From: Ylistrum balloti
Lineage: Eukaryota
Direction of reading: 5' to 3'
Assembly: GCF_031769215.1 (NCBI RefSeq)
Contig: NW_026781917.1
Location: forward strand, 2,294,001-2,358,000
Length of the DNA: 64,000 bases
Under the pieces are notes generated by a model. That model made no database searches and was not told the origin of the DNA. It saw nothing but the letters and a program-made list of their open reading frames with translations. Positions within the stretch are counted from its first letter, which is position 1. Each line of letters opens with the position of its first letter. Positions 30,301 through 42,300 of this stretch are shown one piece after another. The translations under genes were made by a program, and so were the position numbers.

Positions 30301-33300
30301 ATGTCCTCCATATATGGGCGTATGAAGCACGTAGATTGTTTCGTGACAGAATTGTTGGTACCGATGGACTGAACAAATTTGACAGTATTCTCATGTCCAC
30401 TATTCGAGCAGACTGGTCTGCTAATATCTTTGAAGCATTGGAAGGTGAGATGTCATCCAGAATTCTTATCATTGTAAATTACCTGACTTTGCAAGAGAAA
30501 TATAGTTTCTGCATACTACATCTATTCTACTAAACACCAATGGGGCAACTCATAATCTAAGGTTAAAAGTCAGGGAGTGGATTTATTACAGAACAATGAA
30601 ATGACATCTACTGGCATTTCTGTGGAACTGAAACAAATATCAATTACAAGACATATAGATACTATTTTTAGACGGGTAATGTTCAGTTCAAATTTGAAGT
30701 CAACTATAATTTCAACTTAATTTGATAATGAATTATGACCGTGAGTTGTACACCAAACCACTAACAAAAATTGGTGGGATGGGTGATTTTTTTTACTACA
30801 AAATAAATTTAATATATTGACATACTTTTACCGTTATGACTGTGACAGATATACTTTTGAATTTCAGATGAATTTTTCGTGACATGGGGAGCGAGAACAG
30901 AAACTGGAGCTGCAGTTGTTGCTGCAGGAGCACCCCTCCCACCAAATGGCAAACCACTTGGGAAGTTAGGCATTGATGATCTCACAGCAGTCATAGAACG
31001 TGGTTTGAAACTGTATAGTGAGTATTGTCACATTACCTTTATTCCTGATGACCGCTGAATAGCAGCCCTAAACTGATAGTAAATAACAAAACCTGCCTGT
31101 AATGATTCTTTATGATATTTATTGTATTCATAGGAATATTTCATAAAGTTTTGAAATAGACATAATGATAACATTCAGATCTGATAGTGTCATGAAATAG
31201 GAAAATGTGGTTAGAAGATGTTTGCCTAATTAAAGCACAAAGAATTTGTAGATGCAAAATGATGAATTTAAAATTTGTTTTACTGCCACTGGAAAAAATT
31301 GGCTGTGTAAAGATGTTGACAATATGTTCAAGTAGTGTGTATGTGTTGAACATTTAAAGATAAATGAAAGATGTTTTTTCTGAATTTTAGTAAACAAGAT
31401 ATGTTTTAAAATTTGAGGTTAGACAGATAAATGAATCACATGGCCGTATAAAGAAGTTCAATTGATAATAACAGGAACAATATATTATGATCTGAAGTTT
31501 AATTATGCATCGTTTGAATGTTCCTCTAACTCTGGTTTGATGTTTTTACACAGGCAGAGAGAACAGAGATCTAGACATTTTAATTTTCAAAGAAGTGTTG
31601 GATCATATGGCACGAGTTGATCGTGTGCTGACTAGTCCAGGAGGGTCTCTACTCTTGGCTGGACGGAGTGGAGTCGGGCGACGGACAGCAGTCACACTGG
31701 TTGCACACATGCACCAAATGTCTCTATACTCACCAAAGGTGTCTCGTGGATATGCAATGAAGCATTTTAAGAATGACCTGAAAACAGTGAGTTGTCTAGT
31801 AATGACATTTATCGTCAAGATAAACCTTGATCTCATGGAAAATTAGAATACTGAGGATTGAAAAATCATAAAGTAGAATTCTTACTTGTCACAAAAAGAA
31901 CTTTGCTATGCAAATTAATGTCACAAGGACTTTGCAATTTACTACATCCTTTAGTTTTTTATTGATGCATTAGGTAAATTATATGTATCACATATGGATT
32001 TTTTGTTAGATGCTTAAAAGCAATTATACCTTTGACAAGATTAAAACTCTCATTCTAATCTCCATTATTTGGACTTTATGACATGAAGTCTAGGACTCTT
32101 TGTGACTCGCTATGACCCTTGTGACCCTCTATGACCCTTGTGACCCTCTGTGACCTGTATGACCCTCTATGACCCTTGTGACCCTCTATGCCCCTTGTGA
32201 CCCTCTATGCCCCTCTACAATGCTCTAGGACTCCTTCGGCCCTCTCTGATCAGTGTGAACCTCTATGACCCCTAACAACCCTCTATGACCCTTGTGGTCC
32301 TTTATGGCATCTTTAACCAACTCTCTGTGACCCTCTACAACCCTTTATATCCCCCACAACCCTTTATGAACCCTATTATATTTTATGACTCTCAATGACC
32401 CATGTGACAGTTTGTGACCCATGTGACCCTTCTGTGTGACCTGATGTAACCCTTTATGACCCCTTTGACCTTTGTGTTGCTAGGTGATGCAGCAGGCTGG
32501 TATGGAAGATGAACAAGTTGTACTGCTGTTAGAAGACCACCAGTTTATTGAGCCCCAGTTTCTTGAGATGATCAACAGTCTTTTGTCCTCTGGTGAGGTA
32601 CCGGGGCTCTATACCCCAGAGGAACTTGAACCTCTCCTCTCCCCACTCCGGGACATGGCCTCAGAGGTCGGCTTTAGGGGCACTCTGGTCAATTTCTTTG
32701 CCTCCAGTGAGTCTGACATTGATTTAAAATAGCAAATATAAATGTTTCATATTGCACATGGTGTGAAAATTTTAAAATGGTTGATTTTCAAAATCATTGG
32801 CTTGAATTCAGCAGGAAAATTGTTCTTAATTTGATTTATTGAAATTACAATATAAAGTCATGAAAAAATAAATAGAACAAGTTGAAATGATATAAGATTT
32901 TTATTTTTTTGTTTTCATGTAGAATTTGTAAAATAATAATGTTAATAGTTGGTGATTTCAGATGTCATCATTTTTTTTTCAAATTTTTTTGAGGCGACAA
33001 GATTTTTTTTAGTCAATTCGCTATATCTATAGAAAAAAACATTAAAGTTTGCTTTATTTATATTTTTTCTAGGAATCAAAACTAACCTACATATAGCTCT
33101 AATCATGGACTGTACCAACAGTCGGTTCACACTCAACTGTGAGAGTAACCCGGCCTTCTACAAGGAGTGTGCTGTCCAGTGGATGGAGAACTGGAGCAGA
33201 GACAGCATGGTCAAGGTAAAAGGATCACTCATATATGTAAATTCTCAGTAGATGACCACGTCTTCAAAAGAAAAATGACTGCAGACACTGACAAAATGTT

Positions 33301-36300
33301 TTATAAAAATCAAGAGTGTCAGTTGGTTGATCTAGCTCAAATAATAGAGTTGGCTTATTTAAAAGGAAATAGGTTAAAAATATGATGTCTTAATCAATTG
33401 TTATTTATTAGATCAAACAATTTTTCATTACGAAGCCAACTGTGTTTAAAAAAAGTGGATAACGATAGATGAAGAAATATTGAATTAATATGAATATTTA
33501 ATAAAAAATGAAGACCATTTCTGACCTAATGGAAATTAAGGTCATATTAGAAGTTTAAGCTTATCATCCCAATTGTGATGTTACACGTATTAAAATATTT
33601 AAGAAAATGTTGTTTAATCTAAATTCTGACTTTGTTTAGGTACCGTATATGTTGCTGACAAAACCTTCCAAGGTAGAGGGCGCCAGTATCGGCGAGAAAA
33701 AGACACACAAACGAAAACTGTCAGGAGGCGAGGACTTACTCAAATGTTTCCTTCATGTCCACGAGTCATGTGCAGCAGCAAACATGGGAGCCACGCCGAG
33801 GCGTTACATTTCCTTCCTTAATACCTACCAGAAGGTGTACGGTGACAAGAAATCAGGCATTGAGAAAAAACAACAGCATCTTCAGGTAAAACTAGATGTA
33901 TTTATAGTCCTATGAATGCCATTTTCAAAAATTGCAACTCTGAGAACAATTGTTGTCTTTAATATTTGTCTTTTATAATTTTATATCCATATGCAACAAA
34001 ACTACTATATGTGTGTTGACAGGCTGGTGTGTCTAAACTCAATGAAGCAAAACAGTTGGTCGATGAATTGAAGAGGAAGGCTGCTGAACAGAGTATACTT
34101 CTGGCTGAGAAGCAATCAGAAGCTGACTCGGCTCTCCGAGAAATCACTGTTAGCATGCAGGTAAGATGACTGTGATCAACGATCACAATCATAATGTAAG
34201 ATGACATCATGAAGTTGATTACTATCTGTGCATTATTAAAATTCCAAACAAAACTTACAGTGGATGTTACTAAGTTTACGATAAATGAAAAAAAAAAGAA
34301 GATAAATAAGAAAAAAATGTGAAAAATATTTTAAAAATGTTCTTTAATAATTCTTATCAAAATTGATAGTTGTATCATTCATTCCTTAAAATCCGAATTC
34401 ATTTGATTTCAAAAACTTGGAAAAACAACAGTAGTATAGTGAAACTTCTATTAAATAAATTGTTAATAAATAATGGGTGATCCAACACTCCTAATGTAGA
34501 AAAATGCGGTAGTGTCTCCGGGCGGATCCGTGTAGGATTCGATAGAGTTCCTTACTATGGAAACATAAAACAATAAAAAAGGAATCTCCTGATGACGGCC
34601 GCATAGCGGTCGAAACATGTAGACAATGTTCACATGAAGTCTTTGTGGTGTTGAGATTTCTTTTTTATTGTTTTAAATAAATTGTTGTACATTTTAGAAT
34701 GCCAGCGACCAGAAAAATGAGATGGAGGTACTGAAACAACAAGCTGCTGAGGAGGACAAGGTCCTACAGAAACGTAAGAAAGCTATTGATCTAGAGCTAC
34801 AGGAGGTGGAGCCACTTGTTCAATCTGCAAAGAAAGCTGTTGGGAACATAAAGACAGAATCCCTGTCCGAGATTCGATCCCTCAGAGCTCCCCCAGATGT
34901 TATTCGGGATATTCTGGAAGGTGTGCTTCGACTCATGGGCATTTTTGATACATCATGGGTCAGCATGAAAAGGTGAGTATTTCAGTCTGAAAATTTTCTT
35001 ATTTTCAAAATTTAAAGATTTTCATTTGTTTACTCAAAGTGCTTTGTATAAATAAGAATCATTTAAACTATTGATTCAAAGCTTTGATATATATGTTATT
35101 GAAGCATTTACATGACGTAGATTAACATGGTGCCAAAATGACATATTAATGTCACATGACCTACAGCCATGTGAAGAGATTCAGAATAGTGAGAAGTTCA
35201 TGTAAGAAATGTAACTATCCCTGAATTATCTTTTTTTTATGGAACAATTTTTTTTCAGCAATGATTATCAGAATTTTTTTTATTATTTTCATTTCATTTA
35301 GTTTCCTTGCAAAACGAGGAGTCAAGGAAGACATTCAGACGTTTGATGCTCGTAAGATCAACCCTGATATAAGGAAGAGTGTGGAGGAACTCATTAGGAA
35401 AAGCAAAGATTCTTTTGAACCAAAGGTTTGCATTGGTGGCAGGGGAAATAGTTGGCCATAGAACTTGATAAAATACCATATATATCTCTTAAGGGCAATC
35501 CGCCCCCCTCCCCACCTCCCTACACTTGGGTCAGTCATACATTAATTATTTTACAAATTTACTACACATCAGCATTGAATATACATGTACTTCCATTACT
35601 TAGTAAGTAATATATTGATGTTAATTTCGACTCCTGTAAGTAGATGTACATATGTTTGTTTGGTTTGTGTAATCAGATATTTTAATTGTAAATGTCATTG
35701 ATTACCAGAATGCTCGACGTGCCTCTCTAGCTGCCGAACCCCTGGCTGCATGGGTGAAGGCGAATGTCCAGTACTCCTATGTACTGGAGAGGATTGAACC
35801 ACTGGAAACAGAACAGAATGAGCTGCTCAAGTAAGTTGATTCATCAAAAGTGGAAAAAAATGTCGTATTTATATAGAAAAATGATAAATTACCATTCAAA
35901 TGCACATTTTGTTCAAATAATCTGTGTTGGAATTTTTTGCACAAAAAAAATCAGGTCAAGGTTTGTTCTGATGCATTGTAAGGAAACTCTTTTAATTAGA
36001 AGGTATATTTCTCAGTAAAAGGCTGACATCCTTAAGGCCAAATCAGAGCTGTAGAAATCAGCATTATCTGGTATATGATACATCTCATATATTACAAAAC
36101 CCGAAGAGAGATTTATGTGATTATAAAAAGGTACAGGTTAGACTGTACAAGGTAGTGATATAAAAACTGAACTACTGAATTAAAGAAGATGCAAAAAATC
36201 CTAATTTTTGAAGAAGTGTATAACTATCATAATAACAATGATGAAAATATTAACTTTATTTATCTTATAGCGAGTGTAAAACTAGATGTCAGCTTATCAC

Positions 36301-39300
36301 TCTTGCTGGTCCATTGTGTAGGCCTTGTTTAACATACCTATGGAAAGGTGACCGCATGCTTTTCCCTTTTTTTTATTAAGGTGAAAAGCAAGTGTGTTAC
36401 CATTTCACCTGACCATCCCAATTAGTGTATAAATTATACCAGCACTAAATGTTATGTTCTGTTTCTGCAGGAATTTACAAAAGGCTGAGGCTCGAATGGA
36501 GAAGCTGAAGCGAGCCCTCGATGAGGTGGACAGTAAGGTTGCACAGCTGAGAAACAGATTTGAGACCCTTACAAAGGAGGCTGCTGAGCTGAAGATCAAA
36601 CTGGATAAAGAGAACGAGACAATCCAGGCAGCAGAAACTCTTGTCACGAAACTAGAAGGAGAATATCAGAGATGGAGCAGTCAGGTCAGAGTTATCTCCC
36701 TTTTTGTGTCAAACATGAAACATTTATTTATCCTATGGAAAGTAACAGATTCATACAATAATTTTATTAAGTGTTTCCTTTGTTAAAGTATTTTATGAAT
36801 GAAAATGTATATAATTTGGTCTTTTTAAGAAGTCAGTGGATTTCTTTTGTTGTCAGTTCCAAAATGTGAAAAATCTTCTACAGTGGAATTTTTATGTAGA
36901 TCTTTACAAAAATTACTTTTCAGGAAATGGAAATGCAGGATATCTTCATTTTAAAGAAAATTTTTTAATCAAATTTCTGATTGTTTTTAAGGAAAATTTT
37001 TAACATAATATATTGTTTCCCATAAATTTCAAATTTATTTTTATGGGTAATCTTGACTCTATATATGAAAAATAAAATCATTTCTTTTTTTTAAATACTG
37101 TTCAAAGTAAGAATTGGAAAAGAATATATTGGAATACATTGATCAAATCATGTCACATCACTTCTTCTATCTCAAAATACATTGAATATTAGTCATATAA
37201 GTATCATATGATAACACAGGTTGGAGAGCTTACAGCAGAGCTGAAAGAGCTACCAAAACGCACCCTAGTGGCAGCGGCCTTCATCACCTACCTGGCTCAG
37301 GCACCAGAAGATGTTCGTCGTAACTGTATTAACTCCTGGCTTGAGTCAATGGGAGTCAGTAGATTTGATTTCCGCCGCTTCCTCAGCACAGAAAGCGAAC
37401 AGCTGATTTGGAAATCTGAGGGATTGCCGTCTGACACGCTGTCCATGGAGAATGCACTTGTCATCCTACAGGTAAAAAAAACCACAAGTCATCAAAATTA
37501 ATTCCATGAAGGTTGAATGATACATATCAACAAATATATAGGCACAATTGCATGAACATTCAATTTAATGTAAATCATATCCAGAAAAAAATCATAGTGA
37601 AAAAATGCTGTATATTGTTTTTGTATATACGTTTCTAGCACATGTGCATGCTCAGATAATATATACGGTATAACCTTACTCTGTATTACTAGAAACTTGC
37701 GACTAATAATTACTGATCATATCATATTGTTGCCATTTTGGTTGAATTTATCAAACTTGTTATATACATTTGTATGTATCAAAAAAATAAAATAAGTTAT
37801 ATCATTACAAAGCTCACTTTTCAAAAGAAACCAAAACCAAATATGGCTTTTGTTATAAGTGTCACTTTGCATTTAGTGTGTTTGTAGTAAAATTTGTAAA
37901 CATATTTTTTGTCAATTACAAATATACATAACAAGTCTTGATACTAAGCTTTATAAATATTATGGCAAATCACTTTGTCATCGAGAGAGGAGGGGGGCGG
38001 GCATGATGTCAGTTACGTACGTCATGGAGATATGTTTCGTTGTCTTGGGGTGCATGTTGTCACATTTAGATGGTGAAGGATGGATCAGAAATTAAGTTTT
38101 TAGGATGCCCTGTCTCTTCTTATTTTATGATACCTATATTTAGCTTTGAACTTCTTTTTATCTGTTTATTTCTGATTTGTGCCTTTGACAAATTAATTCT
38201 ATATTTCAGACCTGTTTGTTTATATGAAGTGATAGATTGATATCTACTTTAGAAATGTTTTCAGTGAAAAGGCTTTAAAATCTATAAGAAAGAACAATGA
38301 TAACGCACTAATTTTTTCTGTTTTGTCGCAGTACAATTCTTGTGGAACTGATCTTACTACTTTGAATGTGACGTACGAAAACAAGCCATATGAAAACTTG
38401 ATGTTGAAGAAGTTGAAAAACAAATGATTAAAGTATATCTACAGATTGACAAATTATAGATATTTTATTTGCAACACTTTACCTGCTGGCAGAATTTCAT
38501 TATGTACCTTACAAGGACGGGGAAATATGGATGGGACGTTTTTAGTCACTAAGTTGACTTCATCAGTTTTGGATCTTTTCTTTGATAAACTGAGGAGTTC
38601 CCTTTATATTAGGTAGTTTCAAAGATGTGCAGAATTTCAATATTTACATAAGAAGGATTGAACAATCTTGGGGAGTTTTCAAGGTCGAGGTGTTCCTGAC
38701 CGCAAATGTATTTAGTCCTGAAATTATAGAATTTTCATGGGTAAACTTGGGGTATCATTTTCAGATTTAGAAATTTCAAGAATTTATAGAATGTCAGTGG
38801 GTGTAGCCTCACACTAATTTTCATCAGTAAGGAAGCATTAATGAAGACTAAAAGCATGTCTAACCCCAATTCTTATAACTACCTTTTTGAGCTTGTTTGT
38901 TGACTGCTTTGTCTGTTTTTAACTTGCCGTGTCAGATGAATGAGATACCAGCCGGGGTAAGCTATATAATCACACAACTCTTCCACACGTTTGATGTCGC
39001 CCCTGCCTTGCTTTGATCCTCCATACCAATCACTCTTCCATTTCTTAATTCTGGTGTTTGAATGTGATTATACCACACTTATGCTCTTGATAACTTTCTG
39101 TCTAGAATATTTTGTTGTGATATTGTAGCCATTTCTATAAGGTTTTTTTTATTACATTTAGTTTCCGTGAATTATATTACAGGTTTACTGGGATGAAATC
39201 ATAAGAATGTTTTCTCACTTTCTTTTTAATATTTTTTTTTCATTTTTTTCCCTATTTGAATTCCAAAATCTGAGTACACAAAAAGTATAGATAAGATACA

Positions 39301-42300
39301 ATTCTCTCTATAAAAATCCTGATGTTCATTTAAAGAATGAATATATTTGAGATAATTTGAATATATGATTATAATGTAACTTATGCAAAGCATGGATACA
39401 TACTGCCATCAATTTCACAGATATTGAAGAAATTAGTCAGAATTAGTAGAACAAAAACGAAAAAAATAGAATTTAGAAATAAACCCTGGAAACTAAATGC
39501 CAGTATGGAAAATGAAAGGTTGAATAGGTAAATGAAGTGCATGGCATTATATCAAGGTTCTACTGTAGAATTCATTTGACATTATAAGGAGGTTTTTCCT
39601 GTTTACTATTTCCAATGTATACATTGTATGACTCGTTAAGGGTGAAGGAATAGAAAATAGAATAAGAATAGAAATTAATTTCTGATGTTTACTGTATTTT
39701 TCAAATCATCATCATCTTTGATTTTTCTTTGTTTACATATTGTGATAAAGAATACAAAAAAGGAATCAATTCTCTTCTTGCTTTAGTTGTATTCATGATA
39801 TTTCAAAAGCACCATTTCTTTTTCCTGCCACTCTTTGAATCACCGATTTGGCTTTTCTTTCACATGTTCATTGTAGAGTTCAGAAATGGCCGAATTTTGC
39901 ATTGGTCAGTACATGCTATTATGATCACCACATGTCATAATGTTGCTTTGAGCTTCAGAAGGTCAACCCAGGCAACTTCACGATGTTAGTGTAATATATA
40001 AAGCTGGTCATTAGTTAGGTATCTGGCTTGAATAATTATTAAAAAGATAGAGCATGGCTTTAGTTCTTTTGAGCGAGATTCATACTTTGGGAATGTGTTT
40101 TTTGCACCTAGATCTAAGAAATTCTGAAATATTCACCAAACCAAACTGATAAAGAGCAGGTTTTTGTTTTATGAATTTTGATATGTAAAACTGTTATTTA
40201 AGTAGCTCATTGACTCCAAGTATAGATAAAAATTTAAACAATAGGAATTATTTTAAACTTTACTTATACAAATGTAGGTAAGCTTGTATTTTGTCAACAG
40301 CAATATTTAATGAAAGTCTATACATGGAAATAATGGACATGCAAATTTATTCCAAAAACAAATATAAAGTGGAATGATGCATGAATTTCGAAGCAAGACT
40401 TGACAATAAGAGATTTTACAAAATCATGTTCTGTTTGTGGTGCTAAATAGACTCTGAAGAGCCTATTGGTCAGGCCAGAGTAGTTTTGTGGTGCAACTGT
40501 CCTTATTAATCAAACCAACATCACTAATCTGTTTCACTACCAATCCAATGTTTTGTGGGAACTACAATAGATTCTGTGCGTTTTATCTGAACAGTTACCC
40601 ACAGGGAATGCAGTAAGTAGTGACTCAAAGTTGACGCAGTTGCCAGCGTATGCTGAACATATATACCCACAGTTTGTCAAGTGGATTTTTCTTTCTTTAA
40701 ATGTTTTGCTTTCAGTATTTTTCTCTTGAAGACCATGAGCTTTGTCGTGTAGCAATTCTAACTAGTTGCCGTCATTGTTATGAGTTGAAATGTTTGCTTT
40801 GTGATTGTAGTGAATATGACTGGATTTGATTGCCTCCATGATTAGAAACAGATTATGTAAATTGAAAGTGGTATCAGGTCTAGTTAGTGTAACTGATGAT
40901 GATCAGGATGGAAATACTAAAACAATGCATTACTGATGACATCATTGCATTCCTGATGACATCATATGGAAGTTCTCAAATATAAGCATTAAACAAAACA
41001 TCAAGGGAAATAACTCCAATGAATTTGAAGGAGAATTTGAAAGGTAGCATAAACCCTTAAGTTACGTGATGCTAGTAAGAATAAAAAGAGATAAAACTGA
41101 AAGAAATCAGATATTTGTAGCTTTCTCTTATTCCTCATTTTAGCTCTAAAATGAATTTTGAAATATAGGAAGTATTAAATCTTATCTCATAAGTCAATTA
41201 ATAAGTTCATTTGGGATTTTATTTTGTCAACATAAATATTTGAAGACATATCTTTCCAGTAAGTGGTGTTTGTTTTGGAATTTATTTTAATACACTTTCA
41301 GGGTAACAGCAGAGTATACAATGAAAAAATAACTGTTAACTCTTTTATTCATGTATAATTAATTAGAAAAAGATACGTTAATTGTAATAAAAAGTTTTTT
41401 TCTCCTTTTTTTCCTTTGGTTTTGCTACATAATTCTTTAATCCAAACAGAAAGTGTTGTTTTGAATCTTATATTCTCATATCTTGTATGATGTGCTCCCT
41501 CTCTATAGTCTCCTTTGAAGATTGTTAAGAACAAATAAAACATATGAAAGGATTTTTTTAGATTTTAGAATTGACAGAATTAAATATAACCTCACAGGTT
41601 TTTAGATAAAATATGACAAACATTTTTTTCTCATTACAGAGTGCCCTGAGACCATTCTTGGTTGATCCATCATCAAGAGCTACAGAATGGTTGAAAACAC
41701 ATCTAAAAGAGAACCGTTTGGAAGTCATCAACCAACAAGTAAGCTATCAATATGTCAGAATATTTTCTTACATCACAACTCAAATAGAAAAATGGGAATT
41801 TAAATGTTTAGCTCTGCAGTGACCATTATAAAGGACTCGCATAACTGAATCAATCACTGTATGTTATTACTAAGCATTTAAGCTAACAGCATTAATATTT
41901 TAAGTTCAACACAAGTACCAGCTGTCTAGATTCATAGAAACCTACTTGTCAAAGGCTACTAATGGCATAATTTAGTAGGTTGAATAGCACCTCAGACTGT
42001 CTTGCCTTCAGAAGCCAACTATTGGAAGTTTACAAGTGGAACTTACAAACCACGTAGAGAAAAATTCTGACATTTAACTCTTGTCTAAATCTGCCCAATA
42101 TACATTGACATCTGTTAAAACTATACATTTTCATAAAGACAGATAAATGCAGATTTCTTTCAGATATTATAAATTATAAATTTAAACCCCAGAGGGCACA
42201 AACTTTTACTGGTAGATCTCACAGATCTCAATTTAGGTAGGGATTTGGATATGGAAGGGAATCCCAGTCACTCATTGGCTGATTTAGGTGCATGAGTCCT

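Noticed and set aside
31044-31075. Second hammerhead-like string CTGATGA-CC-GCTG-AATAG-CAGC-CC-TAAAC
   Set aside because: It lacks the invariant GAAA (TAAA instead) and has no stem I or III; at best a dead remnant.
40885-40965. C/D-box snoRNA-like pattern (TGATGA...CTGA...TGATGA...CTGA)
   Set aside because: The boxes come from a short local duplication (ctgatgacatca x2), the terminal stem is poor, and I could not identify an rRNA-complementary guide.
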